DNA from: a virus
Lineage: Duplodnaviria; Caudoviricetes
DNA length: 35,435 nt
Direction: 5' to 3' (one strand)
Virus record (IMG/VR): IMGVR_UViG_3300030606_000030
Location: 1 to 35,435 of that record
Notes under the pieces: generated by a model
Databases searched by the model: none
What the model was told of the DNA's origin: nothing
The model's input: the letters and a program-made list of their open reading frames with translations, nothing else
Part shown: piece after piece, positions 14,944 through 24,135 of the stretch
Numbering within the stretch: position 1 is the first letter of the stretch
Layout: the number at the start of each line of letters is the position of its first letter
Program-made: the position numbers and the translations under genes

Positions 14944-16377
14944 ATGACTCCTGAGCTCAAGGCTCTTGTCGAAGAGCAAGCGAAGACCTTCGAGGCCCTG
15001 AACGCCAGCCTCGACGAGATGCGCGGCCAGATCACGGAGCTCGGCTCCGCGGACGCCGTCACCGAGGACAAGGTGGAGAAGGCCAACAAGGCGGTGAGCG
15101 ACCTGGCGGAGAAGATCGCCAAGGCGCACGCCGAGGCCGAGGCCGCCGAGAAAGCCCGCAAGGCGATCGAGGAGGCATTCGAGGCCGACAAGAAGGAAAC
15201 CCAGGAACGGCTCGACACCCTCGAGACGGCCTATTCGCGCGGCGGCAAGGCCACCGGCGAGGAGGATGCGAAGATCGAGAAGGCAGTCGCGCAGTTCTGG
15301 CGGGTGCCCACGCACATGCAGAACGCCCGTTCGCTCGGCGTCGAGTTGGACCGTGCTTCCTATGACGCCTACGACGGCGCGTTCCGCAAATATCTGCGAT
15401 GGGGCGAGAAGTTCTCCGGCCTCGACCAGAAGGCACTGCAAGTCGGTGCCGATGCGGACGGCGGCTATTGGGTGCGGCCGCAGATGATGGACGCCATCAT
15501 CGCGCGGATGTTCGAGACCTCGCCCATGCGCTCGATCGCTTCGGTGATGCAAACCGGCACCGATGCGGTCGAATGGGTGACCGACACCAACGACGCCACG
15601 TCGGGCGGCTGGGTCGGCGAGACCGAGAGCCGCGGCGAGACGGCGACGCCCGAGATCGGCAAGGTACGGATCTCGGTTCACGAGCAGTTCGCCAACCCGC
15701 GCATCACCCAGAAGCTCCTGGACGATGCCGAGTTCGGCGTCGAGGAGTGGCTTAACCGCAAGCTCGCGGACAAGCTGGCGCGGACGGAGAATACCGCGTT
15801 CGTGACCGGCAACGGCGTCAATCAGCCGCGCGGCTTCCTCGACTATTCGGGAGCGGCCACCACTGCGGACGATGCCTCGCGCGCCTGGGGCATCCTCCAG
15901 TACGTGGCAACGGGCAAGTCCGGCGCGTTCGACACCGACACCGTCGACGCGACGGCAAGTCCGGCGGACGAACTGGTCGACCTCATGGCCAAGCTCAAGC
16001 CGATCTTCCGGCCGAACGCCCGCTGGCTCATGGCCCGCGCCAGCGAGGCCGAGGTCCGTAAGCTGCGGGCGACGACCGGCGAGTATCTGGTGACCATGAA
16101 TACCGGCAACATCACCGGCGTGCCGCTCGGCTCGTTCATGCTGTTCGGCTTCCCGATCACCGGGGCAGAAGACATGCCGGCGATCGCGGCCAACAGCTTC
16201 TCGATCGCATTCGGCGACTTCATGGAGGGCTACCAGATCGTCGACCGCATCGGCATCCGGATCCTCCGCGATCCCTTCAGCAGCAAGCCGTACATCCAGT
16301 TCTACACCACCAAGCGGGTGGGCGGCGATGTCATCAACTTCGATGCCATCAAGCTGCTGAAGTTCGGCACCAGCTAA
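14944..16377 (+). CDS. HK97-fold major capsid protein
   Basis: AAGGAG RBS; coiled-coil delta domain; DGGYWV, GWVGE, TQKLLDD, FVTGNGVNQPRG, IAFGDF, KRVGG. Confidence 0.96.
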   Translation: MTPELKALVEEQAKTFEALNASLDEMRGQITELGSADAVTEDKVEKANKAVSDLAEKIAKAHAEAEAAEKARKAIEEAFEADKKETQERLDTLETAYSRGGKATGEEDAKIEKAVAQFWRVPTHMQNARSLGVELDRASYDAYDGAFRKYLRWGEKFSGLDQKALQVGADADGGYWVRPQMMDAIIARMFETSPMRSIASVMQTGTDAVEWVTDTNDATSGGWVGETESRGETATPEIGKVRISVHEQFANPRITQKLLDDAEFGVEEWLNRKLADKLARTENTAFVTGNGVNQPRGFLDYSGAATTADDASRAWGILQYVATGKSGAFDTDTVDATASPADELVDLMAKLKPIFRPNARWLMARASEAEVRKLRATTGEYLVTMNTGNITGVPLGSFMLFGFPITGAEDMPAIAANSFSIAFGDFMEGYQIVDRIGIRILRDPFSSKPYIQFYTTKRVGGDVINFDAIKLLKFGTS

Positions 16378-16392
16378 GAGGAGGGCTGAATC

Positions 16393-16842
16393 ATGGCAAC
16401 CCGTAGCAAATACAACGCCCTGAAGTACGTCCAGGCGTTGGTGCCCTCCACGATCACGACCGCGGCCAAGAACACCGGGGACGAAGATCTGAGGGGCTTC
16501 GACTCCTGCCTGATCGTCGTGGACCTGGGCCTGATCGACGGCCTGTCGACCGGCTCGCCGACGCCGGGCACCATCGCGGTCAAGGTGGAGCACGCCGACG
16601 ACGACGGTGCCGGCGCAGCCGGCGCCTACGCCAACGTGGCCGACACCGACCTCGATGGCGGCACCCAGACGGCCGGCGTCGTGCACACTTTCGACGAGGA
16701 CAACACCACGGCCTTCAAGATCGCCTACATCGGCGACCGGAGGTTCATCAAGGTGACCCTGACCCCGACCGGCCTCGGTTCCGGCGGCCCGATCGGCGTC
16801 GGCCTCGTCCTCGGCCACGCCCACCTCGAGCCGGCGGGCTAA
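16393..16842 (+). CDS. Virion structural protein following capsid (decoration-like)
   Basis: GAGGAGG RBS; beta-rich; VKVEHADD..IAYIGDRRFIKV. Confidence 0.75.
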   Translation: MATRSKYNALKYVQALVPSTITTAAKNTGDEDLRGFDSCLIVVDLGLIDGLSTGSPTPGTIAVKVEHADDDGAGAAGAYANVADTDLDGGTQTAGVVHTFDEDNTTAFKIAYIGDRRFIKVTLTPTGLGSGGPIGVGLVLGHAHLEPAG

Positions 16843-16898
16843 TACCTCTCGGAGTGGCTGGGCCAATCTGCCTCCCTGGAGTCCTGGCCACGAAACTC

Positions 16899-16929
16899 GG
16901 GGCGCATCTTCGGGTGCGCCCCACTTTTT
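16899..16929 (+). terminator. Terminator-like hairpin
   Basis: GGGGCGCATC-TTCG-GGTGCGCCCC followed by ACTTTTT. Confidence 0.65.
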
Positions 16930-16943
16930 CAAGGAGTTCACCC

Positions 16944-17333
16944 ATGACCGAGATCCGCATGCTGCGGCGGGAACGCGGCGCGCCCAACTTTGTGTCTGTC
17001 ACGACCTACGAGAAAGGCTGGCAAGGTGACGTGCCCGAGCACCTCGCCAAGGCGTTCTGCGAGGACATGGACCCCCCGGCGGCGGTGCGGGTGGAGGCGA
17101 AGGCGATCATGGCCGCGCCGGAGAACAAGATGCTGGCCGGCGCCGAGGAGAACAGGGCGGTGCCCGATGCGGGGCCCGCGGGCGATCCCGACCCGGCGGA
17201 CGAGGGCGACGAACCGGCCTCAGGCACCCCACAGACGCCCGTGGATAGCGATCCCGCCGAGGCGGCCGAAGATGCCGACGAGGATGAGGGCGCCCCTCCA
17301 CCGCGGCGAGTCGGCCGCCCAAGGCGCGCCTGA
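16944..17333 (+). CDS. Hypothetical protein with acidic disordered tail
   Basis: AAGGAG RBS before ATG 16944; APENKM motif typical of small post-capsid genes. Confidence 0.75.
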   Translation: MTEIRMLRRERGAPNFVSVTTYEKGWQGDVPEHLAKAFCEDMDPPAAVRVEAKAIMAAPENKMLAGAEENRAVPDAGPAGDPDPADEGDEPASGTPQTPVDSDPAEAAEDADEDEGAPPPRRVGRPRRA

Positions 17334-17336
17334 GCC

Positions 17337-17657
17337 ATGACCGAAGTCCGCGTCACCCGCGCCCGCCATGTCCCCTGGCAGGGTCGTACCATCGCCTACC
17401 CCAAGGGCTGGACGGGCGAGGTGGCCGACGACCTGGCGGCGCACCTGTGCGACGGGCTCGGGATCGCCCGGCGAACGCCATCGCCTCCGCGCCCGTGGCA
17501 GAGGCCGGTTGAGCGCCTGATCCCGCGCCCTATCGCCGAGACCGCGCCGGTCGTCGAGAACAAGGCCAGTGCCGAGCCGCTCCGCATAGCGGACGAAACC
17601 GAGGATGACGAGCCCGATGATCTGCCAATTCGGGCGCGGCGATCGCGGCGCGTCTGA
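17337..17657 (+). CDS. Hypothetical protein, paralog of the preceding gene
   Basis: MTEVRV..YPKGWTGEVADDLA versus MTEIRM..YEKGWQGDVPEHLA. Confidence 0.7.
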   Translation: MTEVRVTRARHVPWQGRTIAYPKGWTGEVADDLAAHLCDGLGIARRTPSPPRPWQRPVERLIPRPIAETAPVVENKASAEPLRIADETEDDEPDDLPIRARRSRRV

Positions 17658-17687
17658 ATGGCCATCAAGATTCACCGAGGATAAGAC

Positions 17688-18017
17688 ATGGCAACCTATG
17701 ACTCGTTATCCGCCTCCGACAAGGCGGTTGTTCAGAACACGGTCAATCTCGTTCGTGCAGGTGCAGGCGAGATCGCCAAGGTGTTCAATCACCTGAAGGC
17801 CATCGCAGACGATTCCAACGCCGTCGCCCTGGTAGGGTCCATCGACGTTGGGCAGACCATCCCGAACACCAGCGGCTTGGCGGGCGCGGACGATCTGACG
17901 CGGACGGAGGCTGTGGATCTGTTCAATCTCATCAATGGGATTCGAACGACCAACGACAATGCTTCATTCCGCGCAGCAGCCTCTAAAGCGGCGGGCATCA
18001 ACGCGCTGCTGGGGTGA
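17688..18017 (+). CDS. Hypothetical protein
   Basis: GAGG RBS; 109-aa helical ORF ending GINALLG. Confidence 0.75.
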   Translation: MATYDSLSASDKAVVQNTVNLVRAGAGEIAKVFNHLKAIADDSNAVALVGSIDVGQTIPNTSGLAGADDLTRTEAVDLFNLINGIRTTNDNASFRAAASKAAGINALLG

Positions 18018-18164
18018 TTGAGATGTCAAAAGGCATTTTCACTCCAGGGGCTATAGTCCGCGAAAACACGATCATCTTATTGCCGCCTTGGCGAGCGAAA
18101 TTGCGCACCAAATTGTATCATCTTTGGTGGCGGTTTTGTTGGCGTATCAACGCGCTGCTGGGGT
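17997..18164 (+). repeat. 19-bp direct repeat flanking a 130-bp insert
   Basis: ATCAACGCGCTGCTGGGGT at 17997-18015 and 18146-18164. Confidence 0.85.
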
Positions 18165-18166
18165 AG
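18023..18166 (+). CDS. Possible 47-aa ORF in the repeat-flanked insert
   Basis: MSKGIFTPGAIVRENTIILLPPWRAKLRTKLYHLWWRFCWRINALLG*; below the ORF-track cutoff. Confidence 0.4.
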   Translation: MSKGIFTPGAIVRENTIILLPPWRAKLRTKLYHLWWRFCWRINALLG

Positions 18167-18172
18167 CTCTGA

Positions 18173-19201
18173 GTGGCGGCCCCTACAGAAGTCTACGTCG
18201 ATCCGGCTATAGCGGGGGATAGCGGCACAGGCACGATAGGTGACCCTTACGGCGACCTGCAATTCGCACTGGACAGTGCTACTCGCGATGCCACGAACGG
18301 CGACCGTTTCAACATCAAAGCGGGCACCGACGAAATTCTGGCAGCAGCGCTATCTCTTGTAACTTATGGGACACCGACCTTCGATGCACCGCTGATTTTC
18401 GAAGGCTATACGAGTGCAGCCGGAGACGGCGGCATCGGTGGGATTGATGGCAACAATGGCAACTTCACTATTTTTGCCGGGGCGGCTTCCGTACATTTCA
18501 TCAATATGCACTTACACAACACTGGCACCGCTACTGTTGTTACCGTGGCCATGAGGTCCATAATTACAGGTTGCGAAGTTAACAACTCTTCCGGTGGCGG
18601 CATTGTCATAAATAATAATGAAACTGTGTGTGACAGCAATCATGTCCATGATATTGGCGGAGTCGGAATAAATAGAACGGGAGGCACTGCCGGCGGCAAT
18701 ATTCTGCGTAATTATTTGAAGAATGACGGCACTAATGATTTTACTACTGCTATCTCTATTAATACCACGTTTGCTGATTGTGCCAGAAATATCATTTCAA
18801 TTGACGGTGCCAGTAATGGAATAGCCACGACGGACCGTAGTAATATTACGAGGAACTCCATTCTTTCGGCCGGCGGAACAGGGAAGGGGATTTCGGTAAG
18901 CGCAACGTCCAAGCTAGTAGCCAGCCTTCATAGCAATTTAGTCGAGGGCTTTAGTGGTGTGGGTGGCGAAGGAATCGAAATTCCTGTCGGCACGCGACAA
19001 ATGGCAATTTATGGAAAGAACGCAGTCTTTAATTGTACAACGGCGTATGATGTTGATACGGTCGATATTATGGTCCTGCTCGGAGATAACGAAACCCTTA
19101 GCGTCACTCCCTTCGCCAAGTCCGGGGCCGATACCTTCGCCAACAGGCTCGCCTATTTCGCGCCGGTCGATACCGGGAATGTGATCGGCGGGGCTTATTA
19201 A
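18173..19201 (+). CDS. Right-handed parallel beta-helix protein (putative glycan-binding spike/fibre)
   Basis: VYVDPAIAGDSGTGTIGDPY start; repeated I-x-x-N/GI strands (ITGCEVNN, DSNHVHD, ILRNYL, ITRNSI); AT-rich core. Confidence 0.8.
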   Translation: MAAPTEVYVDPAIAGDSGTGTIGDPYGDLQFALDSATRDATNGDRFNIKAGTDEILAAALSLVTYGTPTFDAPLIFEGYTSAAGDGGIGGIDGNNGNFTIFAGAASVHFINMHLHNTGTATVVTVAMRSIITGCEVNNSSGGGIVINNNETVCDSNHVHDIGGVGINRTGGTAGGNILRNYLKNDGTNDFTTAISINTTFADCARNIISIDGASNGIATTDRSNITRNSILSAGGTGKGISVSATSKLVASLHSNLVEGFSGVGGEGIEIPVGTRQMAIYGKNAVFNCTTAYDVDTVDIMVLLGDNETLSVTPFAKSGADTFANRLAYFAPVDTGNVIGGAY

Positions 19202-19215
19202 TAACGGAGGATTCT

Positions 19216-19392
19216 ATGTCTTTTAATGAAACACAATGGCGAGAGAATTTGAAACAAACAATCGCCAAGCTAGAAAAGGCTGCAGGAGATTGTCAGAAAG
19301 CTAAAAGCATTTTCAGTGACATTGATGCACGCCCTATGATTAGCGCACTCAAAAAGGTCGTAGAAGAAAGCGAAAGAGGTAACTTGTTCTAA
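19216..19392 (+). CDS. 58-aa AT-rich hypothetical protein (not in ORF track)
   Basis: GGAGG RBS; MSFNETQWRENLKQTIAKLEKAAGDCQKAKSIFSDIDARPMISALKKVVEESERGNLF*; TAATG coupling to the next gene. Confidence 0.7.
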   Translation: MSFNETQWRENLKQTIAKLEKAAGDCQKAKSIFSDIDARPMISALKKVVEESERGNLF

Positions 19393-19898
19393 TGGCTCTG
19401 GATAAAGGTGCCGTCCAGACTGGCGGACTGGACAAGGGCGCCGTCCAGAGTGCCGGGTCAATAAACCAATTCGCCCGGCCCTTCACCGACATCTCGCTGG
19501 GCAGCTGGATGCCGGAAGTTGAGGGTTCACCGTCGTTCGCGGGGTCGCCGACCGAGCTGTGGCCCATGATCGACGAGGCGAGCGCCGACGACAGCGACTT
19601 CATCCACTCCGGCCCGGCACCGAGCGACGATGCCTGCGAGGTGCGGCTGGAAGAAGCGGGCGACCCGGCATCCTCGGCCAACCACATCGTGCGCTACCGC
19701 TATGCGAAGAATGTCGACGCCGGCCAGATCGATCTGACCGTGGCGCTGATGGAGGGCGCGGTCGAGCGCGCGAGCTGGAGCCATACGGACATCTCTGCGA
19801 CGCTGACGGCGGCGGAACAGACCTTGACGGCGGAGCAGGCGGATTCGATCGGCAGCTACGGCAACCTCAGGCTCCGGTTCACCGCAGACCAGCCGTGA
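19392..19898 (+). CDS. Putative virion accessory beta-sandwich protein
   Basis: Coupled at both ends; duplicated LDKGAVQ at the N-terminus; YGNLRLRF C-terminus. Confidence 0.75.
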   Translation: MALDKGAVQTGGLDKGAVQSAGSINQFARPFTDISLGSWMPEVEGSPSFAGSPTELWPMIDEASADDSDFIHSGPAPSDDACEVRLEEAGDPASSANHIVRYRYAKNVDAGQIDLTVALMEGAVERASWSHTDISATLTAAEQTLTAEQADSIGSYGNLRLRFTADQP

Positions 19899-20257
19899 AG
19901 TGGAAGATCTGGCACGCCGACGGTTCGACGTTCTCCAACCTCGACGGCGGGCCGGAGGACGCGCCGTCTTATGGCGTGCAGGTCATCGCACAGCGGGACG
20001 GCGACCCGGGGGCCAGCAATGTCGGCCGGGTGCTCCTGCATCTTCATGACTGGTACTATTACCGCACCGACACGGAGGAATGGTGCGGGGGCGATCTTTT
20101 AGGGCTGCTGGATCAGTTGCTTTCCCGCTCGCCGATCATCGCCGTCTGCCAGGGTCGTCTGATTCCGAAGGCCAGGTTCAACGAGATCTACCAAGCGGCG
20201 AAGGCCGATCCTGACTTCCCGCCCAAGAGCGCCGGCAAGCGAGGCGAGCGGCCATGA
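19895..20257 (+). CDS. Hypothetical protein
   Basis: GTG start in GTGA overlap (KWKIWHADGSTF...); ATGA overlap with the next gene. Confidence 0.75.
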   Translation: MKWKIWHADGSTFSNLDGGPEDAPSYGVQVIAQRDGDPGASNVGRVLLHLHDWYYYRTDTEEWCGGDLLGLLDQLLSRSPIIAVCQGRLIPKARFNEIYQAAKADPDFPPKSAGKRGERP

Positions 20258-22362
20258 CAACGGCAGCGTTCGATCAAGACAGTTTTCGCGGCCGCGAGGA
20301 CGACGACAGTGAGGCGTTGGCGACATGGAAGGCGGATGCCAACGTCAACTGGACGCAGCCCGTTGACGAGAACTTCCGGGTCCGTTTCCTCGTTCAGGAG
20401 ACGGCCGGAGGAATGGGGGTCAATACCCAGCTTCAGCTGGAATACAATCTCAACGGCGCGGGCTGGAATGCCGTAAATGCTGCATCATCGGTCGTTCGAT
20501 CATCGGCGTCAGGCAACTTTGCCGACGACGATAACACCACGCAGCAAATCGGCAGCGGCACCTTCATCACGCCCAACTCGGGCATGGACGAGGACAACGG
20601 CCTCGCTGGCGAGACCAACGACATAGACTTTGCCGGCAACGACGAGGTCGAGGTCGAGTATTGTGCTCAGATTCGCACCGCCGACGTTGCGGACGGCAAT
20701 ACCGTTCAGCTTCGCGTCACCCGGGCTGGCACGGTTCTGGACACCTACACCAACACGCCGTCGATCACTGTCCAGGAAGCGGCGGCCCCAATCGAGATCG
20801 TCACCTCGCTCGATGGCGTAGTGCAGCAGCAGCAGACGCTCGCGGCGAGCCTGAACGCCGCCCTGCAGGCCGACGCGCAGCACCCGGTGGATCTCGACGC
20901 GGCGCTGCAGAAAGTCCAAGTCCAGACGACCGAACTGGACGCGGCCTTGCAGCGGCTCAAGAGCGCCGGTGCCGATCTCGATGCCACGTTGCGCGCCACC
21001 CTAACGGCGACGACCAGCCTCGATGCCGGGATTTTGGCGAGAAAGACCCGAACGGTCGGCCTCGACGCCAGCCTCGCCGACGCCGCCACGACGCTCGCGG
21101 CTTCGCTCGATGCCTACGTCGAGGCGCTGCGCGTCAAGGTCACCTGGGCCGAGATGCAGGTGCCGTCGGCAGCGGCGGTCACCGTCCGGACCGTCATCGC
21201 CTCGCTGGATGCGGCGATCCTACAGGCCAAGACGCGCTCGGCGAGCCTTGACGCGGCCTTGCGAGAAGCCAGGACGGCGGCGCTCAGCGTCGACGCGGCG
21301 GTCGCGCAAGGCTTTACCCGGACGGCGGCCCTCGATGCCGCGGTGCTGAAAGCACAAACGGCCGCGGCGAGCCTCGACGCGGCGGTGCTTCGGGGCCAGA
21401 GCCGGGACGCCTCGCTCGATGCCGCGGTTCAGATTGCGCGCACGGCTTTGGCCTCGCTCGACGCGGTCATTGCCGTCGGACAGACGCTCGCAGCCTCGCT
21501 CGACGCCGCCGTTCAGAGGCGGGAAACCGCAGCAGCGTTGCTCGACGCCGCACTCCTGCAGGCGAAGACCAGGACGACATCTCTTGACGCTGCGCTGCAG
21601 CAGCAATTCACCGCTGCAGCGAGTCTGGATGCTGCCCTTGCGCTGCTGAACACGCGGACCGCCGATCTGTCGGCTGCGGTCCGGCAGGACAAGACGCTCG
21701 TCGCCTCGCTCGATGCGCGGCTGATCGTGCTCGGCGAGACGACGCTGACGCTCTCTCTGGATGCGGCGCTCGAAGCTGCGGCGATGGCGACGGCCTCCCT
21801 CGACGCCGCCCTGGCCGCTGGTCGGACCGCAACGGCCTCCCTTGATGCGGCTCTCGCTGAAAGCCGGACACGGGCGGCCAGCCTCGATGCGGTCCTGCAG
21901 GCGCGGCGCACGGCGGCAGCAGCGCTCGACGCGGCGGTGCTCCGGACCTTCGATCTCACGGCCGCGCTCGATGCGGTGCTGGCATCGGCGGCGGCGACGA
22001 CCCTCGACGTTTCGCTCGATGCGGCTCTGGAACAAACGCAGGCGCTGCAGCTCAGCCTGTCGGCGGCGGTGCTGGCAGGACAGAGCCGCATAGCCTCGCT
22101 CGACGCCGCGATCCGCCGCGGCCAAAGCCTCACGGCCAGCCTGTCGGCCGGCCTCGCCAACGCCCGGCAGCGCACCCTCGTGGTCGACGCCGCCCTGGCG
22201 CTCGCGCAACTGCAGACGGCGGGGCTCGACGCGGTTCTCATCGGCGGCGCGCTCTCGCCCAGCACACGGCGCGGCTGGAAGATCGCGAGCCGCGGCGACT
22301 ACGACGTGCCGGGTCGCGACGATTACCGCGTGCCCTCGCGCGGCCGCTTTACCGTCCACTAG
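20254..22362 (+). CDS. 702-aa fibre-like protein with tandem 14-aa (A)SLDAA repeats
   Basis: Acidic globular N-terminus (~175 aa) followed by roughly 30 ASLDAAxxxxxTxT units. Confidence 0.85.
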   Translation: MTTAAFDQDSFRGREDDDSEALATWKADANVNWTQPVDENFRVRFLVQETAGGMGVNTQLQLEYNLNGAGWNAVNAASSVVRSSASGNFADDDNTTQQIGSGTFITPNSGMDEDNGLAGETNDIDFAGNDEVEVEYCAQIRTADVADGNTVQLRVTRAGTVLDTYTNTPSITVQEAAAPIEIVTSLDGVVQQQQTLAASLNAALQADAQHPVDLDAALQKVQVQTTELDAALQRLKSAGADLDATLRATLTATTSLDAGILARKTRTVGLDASLADAATTLAASLDAYVEALRVKVTWAEMQVPSAAAVTVRTVIASLDAAILQAKTRSASLDAALREARTAALSVDAAVAQGFTRTAALDAAVLKAQTAAASLDAAVLRGQSRDASLDAAVQIARTALASLDAVIAVGQTLAASLDAAVQRRETAAALLDAALLQAKTRTTSLDAALQQQFTAAASLDAALALLNTRTADLSAAVRQDKTLVASLDARLIVLGETTLTLSLDAALEAAAMATASLDAALAAGRTATASLDAALAESRTRAASLDAVLQARRTAAAALDAAVLRTFDLTAALDAVLASAAATTLDVSLDAALEQTQALQLSLSAAVLAGQSRIASLDAAIRRGQSLTASLSAGLANARQRTLVVDAALALAQLQTAGLDAVLIGGALSPSTRRGWKIASRGDYDVPGRDDYRVPSRGRFTVH

Positions 22363-22371
22363 GAGACAGCC

Positions 22372-22917
22372 ATGGCAGCAACCGTCATCATCAACGAATG
22401 GACCTCGGCGGCCGTAATCACGGACAAGACGTCGGGCACGGTCAGGTTCAAGAACGCGAACAACGCGACCGTGGATCTCAACGATCCGCTGATCGTCCCG
22501 ACCGCGAACCGCGAATACTCGTTCGAGAAGTGGCTGCGGGCCCAGATCACCGACGAGGGCGGGTTCACTCAGATCACGGATCTCGAGGCCTATACCGACG
22601 GCGCCGGCTTTGTGGAGGCCGGGATCAAGGCGTGGTATGCGGTCGAGCCCACTTTCCAGGCGCCGTCGATTCCCGACGAGGCGCAAGACCCGCCGTTCTT
22701 CAACGGCCCTTCGGCGGGCTCGCCGGGCAACGCCATGGAGGATCTGTTCGGCCTCACTTCAGGCGCCCCGGCCTCGCTCGGCGCCGGGCCGTTCACCGAC
22801 GGCTCGCCGGCCGAGCACATCGGCGACTTCCTCGTCATGGTGATGGAAGTGGAGATCGGCGCCAGCGCCGGCGTGCTGGGAGCGGAAACGTTGACTTTCG
22901 CTTTTAGTGAAATCTGA
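22372..22917 (+). CDS. Putative virion structural protein
   Basis: AGGAG RBS; YSFEKWLR; C-terminal ETLTFAFSEI. Confidence 0.75.
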   Translation: MAATVIINEWTSAAVITDKTSGTVRFKNANNATVDLNDPLIVPTANREYSFEKWLRAQITDEGGFTQITDLEAYTDGAGFVEAGIKAWYAVEPTFQAPSIPDEAQDPPFFNGPSAGSPGNAMEDLFGLTSGAPASLGAGPFTDGSPAEHIGDFLVMVMEVEIGASAGVLGAETLTFAFSEI

Positions 22918-22936
22918 AGCTAAATCAGCCACTAAA

Positions 22937-23191
22937 ATGACCCACCAGGTCGTCAACGGCTCATTCGACGCCCGGCCGGCGCTCGAGGACCGCCATGTCA
23001 TCGGCGATCTCGCGGTGCTCACCGTGAAGCCGGACGGGGCCACGCTGTGCCGGGTCGACAACGGCATCAAGTGGCCGGGCGGGCGCAAGGTCTCGATCTA
23101 CGTCGGCGAGATCGACGGGGTCAGGGCCTACGTCCATGAGCGCGAGGGGAAGGTCCATGTCATCCTGACCCGCGGCGAGATCAAGCCTTAG
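22937..23191 (+). CDS. Hypothetical protein
   Basis: Host-like codon usage; abuts the next gene; start could be GTG 22907. Confidence 0.6.
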   Translation: MTHQVVNGSFDARPALEDRHVIGDLAVLTVKPDGATLCRVDNGIKWPGGRKVSIYVGEIDGVRAYVHEREGKVHVILTRGEIKP

Positions 23192-23497
23192 ATGCCCTAC
23201 GTGCTGCAGGATCCCGCCGAGGAGCTCGACTATCCGGTCGACTGGTCGGAGGTGCTCGACGACGTGGGCTCGCCCTCGGACACCATCGCGACCTCGGCCT
23301 GGCGGATCGAGCCCGAGCAGGCCGGCAGCCCGAGCGCCGAAACCATCTCTAGCGAGACGATCACCAGCAATGTGACCAACTGCCTCGTCTCCGGCCTCGA
23401 TCCAGCGGTGAAGCTCTATCACCTCATCAACACCATCACGACGGCAGAAGGGCGCATCTTCGAGCGCAGCCAGACGATCCGATGCCAGAATCGCTAA
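23192..23497 (+). CDS. Phage fibre/adaptor protein (xDPxExLDYxxDW family)
   Basis: QDPAEELDYPVDWS..DTIATSAW..YHLINTITTAEGRIFERS. Confidence 0.7.
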   Translation: MPYVLQDPAEELDYPVDWSEVLDDVGSPSDTIATSAWRIEPEQAGSPSAETISSETITSNVTNCLVSGLDPAVKLYHLINTITTAEGRIFERSQTIRCQNR

Positions 23498-24132
23498 AGC
23501 TAGAACTGGTCACGCCGCCGGCGCAGCTGCCGGTCTCGCTCAACGAGGCCAAGAAGCAGCTCGAGCTGGGCGACGACGACACGACCCACGACGCCTTCCT
23601 GGCGGGGCTGCTGGACGCGGCGACAGAGGAATTTGAGCGCTATACCGGGCGGGCTGGCATCACCCGCACCTATCGGCTCTTCCTCGACCGCTGGCCGAGC
23701 GACAGCCGCGCCGAGCCATGGTGGGAGGGCGTGCGCGAGGGGCCGATCTCGATGCTGAACACCGCGGCACGAGACGTGGAGATCCCGCGTCCGCCGCTGC
23801 TCTCGGTCGCCCACATGAAAGCCTACGACGACGACGACAATGCAACCACCTTCGCCGCCTCCAACTACTTCGTCGACACGGCGAGCCAGCCGGGGCGCAT
23901 CGCGCTCAGGACCGGGGCGGTCGCCCCCGTCATCGAGCGGGTCGCCAACGGTCTCGAAGTGCAGTTCGCCGCCGGCTACGGCGCCAACCCCGGCGACGTG
24001 CCCGAGCCGCTCCGTCAGGGCATCCTCATGACGGTCGCCTGGATGTTCACCAACCGCGGCGACTGCGAGGACGCGGCGAAGAATTCTGGCGCCCATGCAG
24101 TGTGGCGGAAATACAGGGTGCTGAGGCTCTAA
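23482..24132 (+). CDS. Head-tail connector/adaptor (gp6-like, phiE125 gp8 type)
   Basis: LVTPPAQLPVSLNEAKKQL, FAAGYG..VPEPLRQGILMTVAWMFTNRG. Confidence 0.9.
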   Translation: MPESLKLELVTPPAQLPVSLNEAKKQLELGDDDTTHDAFLAGLLDAATEEFERYTGRAGITRTYRLFLDRWPSDSRAEPWWEGVREGPISMLNTAARDVEIPRPPLLSVAHMKAYDDDDNATTFAASNYFVDTASQPGRIALRTGAVAPVIERVANGLEVQFAAGYGANPGDVPEPLRQGILMTVAWMFTNRGDCEDAAKNSGAHAVWRKYRVLRL

Positions 24133-24135
24133 GCC

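Noticed and set aside
14705-16255. Self-targeting by guides: 11-nt matches of predicted targets 3, 4 and 8 in the protease and capsid genes
   Set aside because: Only 11-12 of 18 positions match; a few such hits are expected by chance in 35 kb of high-GC DNA
16855-16891. Additional guide unit after the capsid genes (GGCCA...TGGCCAC)
   Set aside because: Lacks the TGANNNCCA box at the 9-nt spacing
14869-16941. Long minus-strand ORFs (690 aa here; also 10596-11885, 21220-22686, 1615-2883)
   Set aside because: Antisense shadows of high-GC genes with no motifs
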